Shown in pieces: positions 1 through 12,822 of a stretch of 64,000 bases of DNA. Every line of letters begins with the position of its first letter. Position 1 is the stretch's first letter. The translations under genes were made by a program, and so were the position numbers. The DNA is from Octopus sinensis (taxonomy: Eukaryota), in contig NC_043003.1 of the NCBI RefSeq assembly GCF_006345805.1, positions 25,482,001 to 25,546,000 on the forward strand, written 5' to 3'. The notes beneath the pieces are model-generated. The model saw only the letters and a program-made list of their open reading frames with translations, ran no database searches and had not been told where the DNA came from.

Positions 1-489
1 CCAAAGTTAGCATCACCATATTTTGTACGAGGAGCATGAAAAATCTCTTTTTAGTAATGTTGTGATGGAGAAAAAAACCTCATTAGCTCAAATCATTTTA
101 ATAATTTCAGCAAACAGAGATAACTCACTGTTTTAGTCTTATTAGACCTCTTCAGCAAAGCACAGACTTCACCATGCTGGAGTACAAAATCAATAAGTAG
201 ATATAAAATACTGTACACACACAGGCTTGAAAAATTAGCATATTTACAAAGGATAAAATCACTGGTAACTATCTACCTTCATATATTATATTGCAAATAA
301 GCAAGGCTACACCAAGCTAACAATTTTCTCTGTGTAGCCTGCAACGGCCACTTGCAAATACACTGTATCAACAATGTTCTCCCTTACCTGAGGACAGGGC
401 TGCAAACAGTTGGGTTGAATCTAATGCCTTGACCTTACTTCCCCAACCGTTTATAGATGTAACAAGAAGCCAGTGTTCTGCAGGAATTG

Positions 490-880
490 GCCCTTTTAAC
501 ACCAACCCTCCTGTTTTAAGCCTGTCATCGATATATTTTCAGTTGCAATACACTTTCTTTCAGTTAATTTCAAAACTAATGAAAGATTATAGAATAACTA
601 AGTATTAGGATGATGTTTCAAACAAAATTTTAATGTTTAGTTTTAGATTACTTTAAAACAGATCTGTATCAGAATCAAGTGTAGTCTTCGGTGGTTTAAT
701 ATTAAGTGTCAAAGCAATCTATACTAAAACCTTCCATCAAAATTTTGTATCAATTTATATTCCATACCCCAGCTTCATAATGAAAAATCTATGTTACTAA
801 CTTCTTCCCTATTTCTGAATTTAACTGGAACAAAGGCAACATATTTTGACAGAATTATGGTAAAAGATCTAAATCCAGAA
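490..880 (+). mobile_element. TTAA/piggyBac-type MITE, family 2 (degenerate)
   Basis: Starts cccttttaacaccaacc and ends aattatggtaaaagatctaa. Similar to copies at 41623-41847 and 24692-24846. Confidence 0.6.
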
Positions 881-889
881 CTTAACACC

Positions 890-1056
890 TCAGTGTTCAA
901 GATAGCCAGATCAGGCCTCTCAAATCTCTCCTACAATGTAATTCTGGAAAGTATACTACCACATTGTTGAAACCTTGAAGCTATGTGATAATTCATGATA
1001 AATTCAAAATAATAAGCACTATATTTGACAGAGGAATCTGAATGGTAAAGGGTTAA
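890..1056 (-). mobile_element. TTAA/piggyBac-type MITE, family 1
   Basis: Ends gacagaggaatctgaatggtaaagggttaa, the reverse complement of the family-1 5' end ttaaccctttagcattcagatt. Confidence 0.7.
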
Positions 1057-1140
1057 TGGAACTGCATTAAATATTACAATGCATTTAAGTAGTCAATAAT
1101 TCTTGTCAATCCAATACTTGATAACTTTTTGGAACACATA

Positions 1141-1141
<1 letters not shown>

Positions 1142-1171
<30 letters not shown>
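1142..1171. repeat. (TA)15 microsatellite
   Basis: Perfect dinucleotide run. Confidence 0.95.
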
Positions 1172-1175
<4 letters not shown>

Positions 1176-2465
1176 ACTAAGAATGAGCTTATTTCAGATT
1201 TAAACGTTATGCTTTTAAAATTTTCCCTTTACATACATAGGGACGCTGAGCCCACCACTGTATTTTAGGCTACATAAATGATTTAGAGCAGCAGATTGCA
1301 GTAAATTCATTTGGTTCACCAATTAATCCTAATAAGAATTTACAGCCATATGAATTTGGGTTCAGACCTACTCCACAGCACTTTAGATAGGTGTCTTCAA
1401 CTATAGCTCACAAGCCAAACAGAGCCTTGTTTGTGGATTTGATAGAGGGAAAGTGAAAAAAACCTGTCATATACATGTTTGTATGTTCCACTATCTTAAC
1501 ATATTGTAATGATTATTCATTTCCAGTCTTTCATGGTCTGAGTATAAAGAAATATTACCTAGCTTGGAAACAAGGGCACCCAGCTATAGAAACTCTGCCT
1601 CAACAAATTGTCTTCCATGGAAAAAAAAAAACCCCTTTTCTGAGTGTTCAAATTATTTTAGTCTCTTTCTCTACTCCACTACCTGGCCAGGTAAGTAAAA
1701 CAAAGTAACAGGGTATCTAGATGAAACACCATTGTACCACAAACAATATGCCAACACATTATCTCCTACTGAACTAATATAATAAAAAGAAAGCTTCTTT
1801 AATAAATAACCAGGTACTGCCAAACTAAACCTTCTTTCGTTACCAAATTTCTGTTGAAATATCTTGCCTTTTCAATTATAAAAATAAAACATTTAGTAAA
1901 ATAAATTTGCTCTTATTTAAGTCTAGACCTATACATAGGGAAAAAATTGATTAGCCACCTCTGAGCAAAACTATGTTGAAAAGCATTCCAGCAGCGATCA
2001 TTTTCCTTTCCACCTCAGACATTGTGTATTTAGAACTACATTATTAAATGTATCGTTTTAAGCTTGTACAGTGTGATTTGAAAAGATTAAGTTGTTAATT
2101 CTATGAGAATGAGTAACTATGTAAGAGGCTCCCTTATTTTTCAGTTAGTTTTCAACTTTAGAAAATAGCTCCCATGACAAAATCTTCACAGGCTACAGAC
2201 ACACCAAATGCCTCCAGCAAGATCTTACGGCCTCAATTTTTCGATGAGTCAACCACAAACTTGACAACTTACACTATACTTACCCACATAAATCACTAGG
2301 CCTTGAACAGTTTCTATGAATAAGTGACCAAGGTTATAACCCTCTCCCTGAATGAGATGCCAATCTGTAGCAGAGCTACACATATACAGCAGGGTGGACT
2401 GAATCCCAATTCAGGAATTATAACCACCATCTGGCAATTGTGAGTTTAACACCCTAATCACCAGA

Positions 2466-2756
2466 CAGTGGCTCTCAACCATCGTTTATCTGCGGACCCC
2501 GTTGGTTACTATTTTATTCTGCGATAACCATTTGTTTATAAACTAGCTTCAAAATTCCTATTTTGCTTTTCACGTACTAACCTGTGTCGGGTTGAACTAT
2601 GTAAAATGTTAGAGAGAGAAACAGATCTTTCTTTGCAATAAATACAGCTAAAGGAAAATCTTTTCACACACAATATACTACAATGGTTCCCCAATTTACT
2701 ATTCTGTTTATATGAACCCCTAAAAATCTCATATGGACTCCAGTTGAGAACCATTG
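2466..2756. mobile_element. hAT (Charlie-like) MITE
   Basis: Terminal inverted repeats cagtggctctcaacc / gttgagaaccattg. No intact 8-bp TSD seen. Confidence 0.65.
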
Positions 2757-3029
2757 ATTTACACGAAGGTGAAACAATAGCCTGACTGAGTTAAGACTGA
2801 AATTGAAAGCATTTTTATCGTTATATTGATGAAAAATGTGTAGAAATCACTCAACAAAACCTAAACTTTCACTTGCAGATTCAAACACGGACACACTCAC
2901 TCCAAACGAAAAAAGGTCACACCCTAACTAACGCCAACCAACTTATGTTTATATCTTTTTTAATTGCAAAACTGAAAACATATTTCAGAAATACAACTAA
3001 ATAAATCAAATAAAAAATATTAGTTTAGA

Positions 3030-4474
3030 AAAAGGAAATTTTTTATATTTTGTATTTTTTATTTTTTTTTTTAAATATATATATGTATACATACATACAT
3101 ATATACATTCATATATATATATATACATATATATGCACACACACATATATAAAACATTTTCAAAGGAACAGAAAAAAAAAAACAAAATCATTTATGCAAT
3201 GTTTTAAAATTATATAAAGGATAAAAATAAATAACAATGGTATGAGTGTATATAGGAAAACAGCTATAAGCAAAATGGTAGAAGGAAAAAAAAAAATCAA
3301 GAAGGGGTAAAGGATAAAAAAAAAAAAAAAAGCCCATCACCAAATTTAAAAATATATATTATATTCGGTATAATAATGGACTGTATCAGGCAGACAGCTG
3401 CATTTAGCCTTTTTGTTTTTCTTTTTTTAATTTTTTTTTTTATTTATTACAGAATTATTTCATTTACTCACTAACTACACCACCATTCTACCTCTTAAAA
3501 CAGAGGAATAATATACACATGTGCGTTTCAATATTTTTCATGTATTAATATGTACATACAAACAAACACTCACACTCTAACAAACAAGCGTTTTCATATA
3601 CATCTGGAAGATATTGACAGAATATTTACAAAACATGATTAAAAAAAAAAAAAAACCCAAAGAAGAAACTCTTTTACAGCACAAGCATTATTTTGGACAG
3701 ATTTAAACAGTATCTTTTTATTTTATACATTTGAGTATGGGTTGACATTACTCATAATAATAATAATAATAATTAAAAGAATACAAATGGAAGGTAAGTA
3801 GTAATGATGGTGGTAGTCACAGTTAAATAACTGCTAGTAATAGTAATTCATTTTATTTTGGCAATTTATGCCAAAGATATTTAAGGGATCTGGTGTGAGA
3901 GGGGAACAGTGAGTGGTGATATTCTGATATTATTCGAATTTTAAGGAGCATTAACAATGTCACTTAAATATAACTGATAGTTTCTACATAGTCAAAGAGA
4001 AAACTCTATGTTTCTAAATAGGATGCCATTTGCTGTTTGGCACCACCACCACAACTACAACTAATTTTAAGGAGATTTGGCTAATTCTGATAGTCTTAGC
4101 AATCACAGAACTTCCTCTAGGTTTGTGACAAAAGTGGTGGTGGTTTTAGCAGGGAATGTAACAGGATCATGCCCTTGTTAGATCTTCTGCATGGGGATCA
4201 AGTCCCACATGGGAACATGAAGACATGACTTTCAGAGATATCACCAAGACAAGTTGGAACTAGACTGCCAGAGCATGAAACACAGATAAGCTCAGGAGTC
4301 ACCTTTCCAAAGTGCAGCAGCACAATAAGAAAAATGAAGTGGCCTAAGAAATCAAGTAAGCTAAAGACAAAACCACAGAAAACTAACAAAGAATTTCTGT
4401 TTCCTTCTCTAAAGCAACATTACTGCTTCTATCTGAAATTCCTTCTTTCCATAAAATTTCCTCTATCTCTCAAT
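3030..4474 (-). other. Candidate distal last exon / 3' UTR
   Basis: Branch-like cctaat plus AG-free ...tctgctgctgcag acceptor at 4475. TE-free U-rich block. AATAAA at 3058-3063 is followed by a U/GU-rich stretch. Confidence 0.45.
3058..3063 (-). terminator. Candidate polyadenylation signal AATAAA
   Basis: tttatt on the + strand, with a U-rich downstream element on the minus strand over about 2960-3030. Confidence 0.4.
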
Positions 4475-6498
4475 CTGCAGCAGCAGAATTCACAAATCAA
4501 TATTAGGCGTCTGTTTATAGTACTTCTAACTTGGACACAAAAATTTTGAAGAGATATGAAATAATGAGCTTATTATATACATGGCTCAGGTGTGCTATGA
4601 CTTACACTAGCCTTCATTTTATCCACTGATGTAAAGCAAAATTGATGCCAGGGTATTATGGTATTTATGTAACTAAATGCCATAAGATATTTCATCTAGC
4701 TGAGCTTTATCAGACTAATAACTGATTTTTTTTTCCTTTGCAAGGGTGTTTAAGCCTCAGGAAGAACAAAATAATTGCTGGGGAAACATGATATTGTATT
4801 GATTTCTTTTGTAGCAGAAAAAGGATGAGGGCTGTAGATTCCAGTCCCTTTATTCATTTTACCAATTCAAGAGAGTAACACCAATATAAAACAGGTAAAA
4901 TTTGCACTCTGATATGCAATCATAACTCAAGAGAAAGTATGTAAAACAAATGCATATGTTTTCCAGTCAGGATAAAATATACAAATGGATTTATATACTC
5001 TGGACAATAAACAACTCATTTCTCAGATTGTTCAGGCATTAATTTCACTGGGATCTTCAGGATATATTTGCAACTTGAAAATAATGTTGTTTAACTGCTA
5101 CAAGCCAGCTTTGGTCAAGCAAATACATCTAAAGCGTTCTTGAAAAGACCATGCTATTGTTTCCCTTCCCTATCCTTCATGCTTATTTATCCTAAGCAAA
5201 AACAAGTCTTGATATGAATATCACAACTCAAATTATTACAAATGTTTTTCCATGGCTGATGTATATCAGTCTATAACAAAAATCAACTGTGACATGTAGA
5301 GCATATATCTCTCAACTAATGAGCCTAGTGTTAGAAGAATAATAATATTTTTGGAAGTAAAGGAATTTCTGACATTTTAACCATTTGGCAAATTAACAAG
5401 CTCGCCAAATATACAACCTTAGCTTACATCTTACTAGAAACAATATTATATATTATTAATTTTTCATTCATTCATTCAGCTGTTGGCACATAACCAAAAA
5501 ATTCTTACATATGGATAATTCAAATTTTTTAACTTCATTGGTAAGTAGAAATAAAATTTAAAAAGCAAATTTTTTTTTTTTTTTTTCAATGAAGGTCACT
5601 AAGACACTAGGGTGACATTTGACCAATGAACTTACTGTTGTTAACAGCAACAAAGAAATCATCTCCCTCAGTAAATGCTTGGAAAAAAAACTTACACCAC
5701 TTCTTTATAAGTTATTATCAATGCTTCAAATATTGGCACAAAGCAAAAGCTGACCTAGGTGAGAAATGAACATAGAATGTAAGGAGCCAGAAAAAATACT
5801 GCAAAGCATTTTTCTGAAAGAATTCTGCCAGCTAACCATTTAAATAATAAGTTTCTGATTTATGCACAAGATCAGCAATATTGAAGGGAAGAGGTTAGAC
5901 AATAGCATCAACCCCATTGTTTACCTTAACTCCAAAGCAGATTTCGTCATGCCCCAATGATTTCACCAGCTTGTCACCTTTTAATAATAATCCTTCCTAC
6001 TACAGGCACAAGGCCTGAAATTTTGGGAGAGGGGGCTAGTCGAATCCACTGATCCCAGTGCCACTAAGCATTTTGCCTGGCATGTTAACGATTCTACCAG
6101 CTTGTTGCCTTGCCATCCTTTCATAATAATAATAAAAATCAATATGGTTTGTGTTTTTCCAGGTCTACTATTAACATACAGACATATCAAGGAAAGTGTG
6201 TGTAAACAGATGCTATTTTATTTTCAGTAGGTTTTGCTGAAAGTTGTCAATGTTTAACAAATTCACACCTGTAAGCAGATTTTGTCCATGATAGGATTTT
6301 ATGTATATGTGGTGATCGACAAACTGTATTTCAAACTTCTGTAGCCTCCAAAGGGAAAGTTTAAACAAGTCGCACTTAGATTCAAGGTCTGTTACTATAA
6401 AGTTAAGCCATCACTCAATATATTTTTACAAACTGTTACAACTGTTGCAAGCAGACATCCTCTAGGCCCTCCCATTCTTGACTCAGAGCATGGAGGAA

Positions 6499-6502
<4 letters not shown>

Positions 6503-6588
<86 letters not shown>
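6503..6588. repeat. (GA)43 microsatellite
   Basis: Perfect dinucleotide run. Confidence 0.97.
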
Positions 6589-6592
<4 letters not shown>

Positions 6593-7701
6593 ACTGCACC
6601 AGCACTTGGTTTCCTTTTACAGCTATGTGGCTTGAATCAAACTGAAATGAAATGCCTTGCTCAAGAACAGAACACACTACCTTGTCAGGAATAGAACCCA
6701 AGACCTTATTTATAGCTATGATCCCTAAGAAATAAACAATGCATCTTTTACTATATAGCTATTCAATTTCAATCAGGAGATAAAAATACTTGAATGTACA
6801 TGGGGTGGGTAAGTGAATCAGCCTTACACAGTTACCTCATTCATATCTCTTTACCAGTTTTATTAGTATGCATTTCAGTGGTTGTCTGAGAAGTAGAAAG
6901 ATCCTTAAACTGAGGACATCACTAATTTTTACAGTACAATGAATTAAGTAACGAATGTAACAATATAATCCTTATTCAAATAACTTTGCTAAATTTAATA
7001 TGAAGAGTCTCAGTAGCTTTGTAACCAAATATCTGACAGTCAGCCCTTTAACAGGTGTCATGGTGATTAGACCCTTGCATTTTCACTGGGCAGTAGATTG
7101 ACAGAAAACATTTAAGATTAATAAACTGGTCAATGTGAGAAGCACAGTAGACTCAGAACCTTAACCGAAGTCATTCAATATCCTGACAGAAAAAGTTCCT
7201 GATGGATGCATAACAGTTGCATCCTTTGTCCAACTTCCTCCATCTATCCCAACATTTCAGTTTATCCTAAAAAAAATTCTTACTATTGTTAACAGTCAGC
7301 TAAAGTGGGGTTTGAAGTAAATGTTATTCAATTATTTCTAAGTTTTTATTTGGTGAGAAGTTAAAAACTAAGCAAAATGGAAGTTGTGACCCTCTTGCCT
7401 TTCCAAGTTTCATCAGCCAAGTAAACCTGAAGCCAACTAAAACTCCAAGCAAAACTGGACAACAAATTCCATTTGCAGTTGATTAATACACCCTTCACAC
7501 TAATTAAATTCTTCAATTGTAAGAATGAACAGTCTACATATTCTAGGAAAAATCCATCTAAAATATCTGTTCTCAAGACAGGCAGAACACAGGAAAGAAC
7601 TGAAGCAACAGTAACTCATCTCAATCATTTGTTTTAAATAAAACCTCAAATTCCATTTGAAATGAAGGATTAAAAGAATTTAATATTTTGTTAACACTTA
7701 C

Positions 7702-8010
7702 AATCCAGAGCCATACATCACTATTTGGAAATGATACATACAAATAGAAGGTTTAGAGATAATAATAATAATAATATAACTTAAACCGTTCATGTGGGTG
7801 TTTGTGAGTGCAAAGTACAATTGTGACTGATTCCATTTTGCTATCTCATTTTTCAGATACAAACTATTATACAGAAAAACTGTAATACCATACAGCAAAA
7901 TGTAAATGCTGCCAATGAATGTACAAAGGCCTTAACAAATTTAGGATATGACCTCCAAATACCTTAGAGTTCAAAATGAAGAGAAGGGAAAGAAATACAA
8001 GAATGGAAGC

Positions 8011-8041
<31 letters not shown>

Positions 8042-8460
8042 GTATACACACATACATATACATATGTATACACACAAATATATACACACACACACACACA
8101 CATGTATGCACACTCACACAAGTAATACACCACAGTGCATGTGTGCACATGCATATATAAAAACAATGAATGTTCTTGTTAAGTACAAAAATAGAAATTT
8201 CAATACCAAAATAAGACAGATCAAATGACCAATTATAAGCTGGATTACTTTTTTTAAAATATTTTCCACATATATATATATGTATATATATTGAAAAAAG
8301 AAAAAAGGAATAAGATTTTTTTTTCCTTATTCTCTTTCCTCTACTAACCTCTGACTGCAATCTATATAATACAAAAGTTCCATTCATATAAATGACAGGA
8401 GGAAAAAAATTAGTATTTTCTGTTGATTTTTTTTTCTTTTCTTTTCTGGATGATAATAGC
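7702..8460 (-). other. Candidate internal 3' UTR exon or alternative terminal exon
   Basis: Acceptor ctctaattctttgttattggtagcag at 8461 and donor TT|gtaagt at 7701. UTR-like composition, no AATAAA inside, no TE copies inside. Confidence 0.4.
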
Positions 8461-8889
8461 CTGCTACCAATAACAAAGAATTAGAGAAGTCCTACCAGAA
8501 TCTGGTTTGGCAACATAATTATCCCCCCCAAAATAAAATAATAAAAAGAGAGAAAACATACAAGCCCCAATAATTACCATATTTCATTTTGCACTTGAAC
8601 ATCTTTTCCCCACATTTTCTTGGAGGTAGTTAGAGTATACGATGTAAGTGAAATAGGTGTGTTTGGGAGCATGTATAGTAACACAATGTTATCATATGGT
8701 TATCCACACCAGTGTTACCATGATATACTTTCAATTGTAAGGAGACAGTGAATGTCAATGAGCAGCTACAGTAAGTACTGTGCAAAGCAGAAGCAACCAA
8801 TTCAAGAAGTCTTGCTCAAATTTGTCTGTGACAACACTTCAGTCACATTAAGATTTGCTGATGCAAGCAAACCCTAATAAATAATTGTT

Positions 8890-9012
8890 CCTAATATAGG
8901 GTACAAGGCCTGAAATTTGGGGGAGGGTTTAGTCAATTACACTGACACTAGTATTTCACTAGTACTTTATTCTATCAACCCTGAAAGGATGAAAGGCAGA
9001 CTTGACCTGCCA
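8890..9012 (+). mobile_element. SINE 3' fragment (ggcacaaggcctgaaattttgggg...gaaaggatgaaaggc family)
   Basis: The same motif recurs at about 5995-6070, 45620-45720 and 57555-57680. Confidence 0.7.
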
Positions 9013-9414
9013 GCTTGCCATCTTCCTAATAATATTGAATTGTTGCTTATGTATAAAGGTTCATCTATCACCTTCATGTTTTTCTTATAAATACTAACTT
9101 GTTAAAGTAATTCAGACTGGGATAATTCTAATGTAACAATCTCTTACACGTGCACCATACATATGTATGTACTCTAAAGGTGACCAATTTACAAAGCTAC
9201 AAATGTTCATCTCATCAATAACTATGGAACGGTTGCTAGGGATTTCAATTTGGAAGTGTTCTTAACTGTGATGGAGACTTTAGCAAAATTACAGGAGAGA
9301 GAAATGAGGGGAAGAGAGAGATGGGGCAGGGGAGTGAGAGAAAAATGTAAGGAAGAAAGTGCAGAATCAAGAGGAAAGAGAGAGTAAAAGAAAGAGTTCC
9401 ACAGTTCCTCTTAC

Positions 9415-10831
9415 CTATCACAGACTAGGAAATTGTTATAAAAATGGAAGTGAGGGATTTTTTCTTTGTATATAAATTTTATTTGTTTTTGTGTAAGGAG
9501 TTGCTGATTTTTAACTGTTTTAGGAAAAATAAATATTCCTGGTTTATTTTTGTTTTTAAAGCCATTAGAAAAGAAGAAACAAGGATGGAAGGGCTCAAGA
9601 AGCATCCTATATTAAAAAAAAAAGTCAGGGAACTGACTATTTCTAATGTTCATGCCCTTCTCAAGACAGAAAAAAAAAAAACAACCAAACAAAATGTTAG
9701 TAATAATAAATTAAAACAATGTAGTTGAGAGATTCAACTAATAATTGAAGAGTTTTGTTTTATACTATTTATGAATGACTTCTTATTGGAAAAATAGTTT
9801 TGTTATAAAAAATTCTAAACAACTGGAAGCTTTCTTGAAGTTGAGTCAGCAGTAGTCCAGTGGTAAGAGAGAAAAAAGAAAGAGAGAGAGAGAACAAAAG
9901 AGACTGTGTGTGTATGTGTGTGTGCATGTGTTTATATACATAAGTCATTTCAGTTATAAAGAAAGGTGTAAAAGTTTAGAGGGGAAAAAGAAAGTACAGT
10001 AGATGCTAGAAGGGGAAGAAAAAAAAAGATAAAAAAAAAGAAGAAAAGAACAAAAGCAAAGTTTTAAATATCCTGAAAGACAGAAAAAGAAAACTGATGA
10101 AACCACCACCTCATTTTTTAACATCCCCTCCCCCACATATAAACAAAATTGAATTTTTCTTCTTCAAAATTAAGATTGGAAGATGGTGGGGGGATCCTCG
10201 GCCAATAATGATAATTATTATTGTAATTGTACTACTAGTAAAAATAACAGTAATAATAAATATATGCATGTATATATGAAAAAGATAGTATATATATATA
10301 TATTATATATACACACACATCAGTATAATCAACACAAATGCACTTGCAGGGGGGAGGAAAGGTAAACTGCTATTTTATAATGCAGTTTACTGCATAATCC
10401 TGAATAGATTTTGCATTAATGTCTGTATATATGTATTTTTTTTTTACTGGTTTATGAGTTTGTATTTTTTTTGTACATTTTTTTTTTAGGTTGTTAGGTT
10501 ATGGTAATTTGTCTTTCCATATATGTATACATATGATATATATGTATATATTATATACACGGTAAAAAAAAAAAAAAAAAAGCAGAGCAGAAGACTCCCT
10601 TATCAAAATATAGCATGTTTTTCTGGTTTTTTTTTTGCTCTCATTTTTTTAGCTTTTCATTTAAAATATCTTTAGCGCCATTGCTGTTATCATAGTTGGA
10701 GGGGGGAAAAAAAAAGTGCCTGTAATCATCATAATCATCACTGTCGTGGTTTACCCTGAATACATTTGATAATCAACAGTAGTGTAAAGCTTTGCATGAG
10801 CCACCAACAGGTTTTACACATGTGGCACAAC
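9415..10831 (-). other. LARP1: Proximal 3' UTR of LARP1
   Basis: Follows the stop codon; U-rich with microsatellites and no SINE/MITE copies seen. AATAAA at 9543-9548 and 9478-9483, and a strong donor-like GATAG|gtaaga at 9415. Confidence 0.7.
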
Positions 10832-10963
10832 TCAGTCCCCATGGGAACTCGATGGATGCGTTGACGACGATAACGAGTGTGACAAGTGGCTGGAAGCTGG
10901 AATATCAATACCCTTCGTTGGCTTTGGTTCAGCTGATTGACTCTCAAATAAATCCGCATCAGG
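10832..10963 (-). CDS. LARP1: LARP1 exon 20 coding part: PDADLFESQSAEPKPTKGIDIPASSHLSHSLSSSTHPSSSHGD-stop
   Basis: tttacatttctag acceptor, phase 0, 43 codons then TGA at 10832-10834. Low-complexity tail. Confidence 0.88.
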   Translation of the reverse strand, partial: PDADLFESQSAEPKPTKGIDIPASSHLSHSLSSSTHPSSSHGD

Positions 10964-10982
10964 CTAGAAATGTAAAGAAAAT

Positions 10983-11013
<31 letters not shown>

Positions 11014-11839
11014 CAACACAAACACTCACTCACATTGTTCCTAAAATCCACAATTTCTAAATTAGACACAAGAACTACATATATATCCACACACCCACAT
11101 ATATAAATACAAATTTAATAACGACAAAGTAATTTTAATAAATTCTTCAATATCAGAATTTACTGAAACATAGGTAAGGTACTTCATGATATTAAACTGG
11201 ACAATAGTGGGTTGCACTTATGACAAACCAGCAGAAATATATAATTATATTATGTGTGTGTGTGTGTATATATGTATAAATACACATATCTTAGCTTTCT
11301 TGTGTAATCTATTTTTCCACACTATTGTGAATGTAATGGTATTTTGTTAGCAACTGGATAGCTTCCTGCAAATCTCGTGAAAGGAAAGAACAGTTGATGA
11401 CATCAACACCAGTATTGATGAATTGATCACAGAATGATAAAAGTTGACTTTTATCGCATCTGAATAAATATAAGGATGCAACTAAATATACTGCATTTTG
11501 TCAGATGCTCTATCCATTCTGTCATCCACTGCCTTAAGATTGAGGAAGGAGAGATAATACCAGTAAGGGATAGTGATGTTTAGTAATGCCCAAGGACATG
11601 AAAATGTAGTTCTGGTGCCATGATAAAATGTACAGGGTAAAGTGGTTGGCAACAGGAAGAGTATCCAGTTGTTGGAATCACACCGAAAATGTAACATATG
11701 AATGACATTTGGTATATATGTCTAAAAGTGCAGTAACTCAAAGAACCATCATGTCCACAATGATTTTCCCAATCTGTATCAGCAAGGAAAAATGAATATA
11801 AAATGATAATGATCAAAAAGCAAATTTAAAGAAACAAAC

Positions 11840-11964
11840 CTCTTTCCGGAAATCTTCTAAGCGTTTGTATGTTGATAACCACTGTTTTAATTTGGAATCC
11901 ACATCCACGTTTCTTCGAGAATATTTTAAGAATGCCCAAAATTTCTCCAAACCATACAGCTGAC
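11840..11964 (-). CDS. LARP1: LARP1 exon 19: DM15 GQLYGLEKFWAFLKYSRRNVDVDSKLKQWLSTYKRLEDFRKE
   Basis: GQLYGLEKFWAFLKY and LEDFR motifs. taaatcag acceptor and GAG|gtttgt donor. Confidence 0.99.
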
Positions 11965-12712
11965 CTGATTTAAAAAGATAACCCATGATGATTACAGTTA
12001 AAGAGGAAAAGTTTTTGAAATTAAAGTGGAAGGGAAACAATGATGAAAATGTGACTAGAAACATTATGGAGAAGTCATCTAAGTAAATTGCCACAAAACT
12101 TCCCCAAAACTAGACAGCAATATTGAAGCTTAATAAGATTATTTATGAAAAACAACCAATATCAATGCAAGTAATCTTCACAAAACTCAGAGTAATGAAA
12201 TTAAGATACAAAAAAAATCCACAAACATAATACTGAGTTTTCAGAATATTTTAAAAATAAACACTGTTAAATCATAAATTAAGCCTTTGTTGAGAAAACT
12301 ACCTAAATTACAATAACTTACTTAATTAAAAATATCTAACTTAACACCTATTTTTTCAAAAATAAAAAGTAGAGGATAACTTGCTAATTCTTCCAAGGAC
12401 ATTTCTAGTATTTAATTATATTACAGGTAACATTTTAAATGGGTAGATCTTTATCAATCTTCCTGTCAGCAAAGTGGCAGGTATTGAACAAGTATTACAG
12501 AATCAGTCTCAACTAAGCTGGCACCAATGAAGCTAACGACTGAATTTTTAGCAGCAGAGATGGTAAAGAACATACACAGCAGTAAAAATATAAGCCACAA
12601 GTCAACAGAAAGTAAATGACCAATAATCTTTAGATTGGGAGAGTAATCAATTTAAATGGGGATGAAATGTAACCAACTTCAGAGAAGGTGTGCATGCACA
12701 CACACAACTTAC

Positions 12713-12822
12713 CATTTCCATAATCTCTAATAGTTTCTTCTTGAAAATCTTGATATATTTCACTTCGAAATCGTTTTTCCAAACCATAACTGTAGAAGCG
12801 AAATAAGCATTCCAAACCATAC
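12713..12822 (-). CDS. LARP1: LARP1 exon 18: DM15 [37 protein letters not shown]
   Basis: [15 protein letters not shown] motif. ttttccag acceptor and G|gtaagt donor, 110 nt. Confidence 0.99.

Noticed and set aside
388-477. 90-nt exon-like segment on the minus strand (cctgcag ... CAG|gtaagg), open in one frame
   Set aside because: No recognisable protein similarity or partner exon, and it lies among repeats. It cannot be distinguished from chance without transcript data.
4198-4389. Hydrophobic 63-aa minus-strand ORF resembling a small membrane protein
   Set aside because: Non-ATG start, hydrophobicity explained by the U-rich UTR strand, and no recognisable motif.
7867-8387. Cluster of 60-138-aa ORFs rich in YIYI/HTHT/CVCV
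   Set aside because: Translations of (TA)n/(CA)n microsatellites in UTR-like sequence. The same applies to ORFs at 3006, 6483, 26691 and 52353.
10738-11025. 95-aa minus-strand ORF (and 104-aa plus-strand ORF 10792-11106) over the last coding exon
   Set aside because: These are an alternative frame and an antisense shadow of exon 20. Exon 19 ends in phase 0, which selects the PDADLF...HGD* frame.
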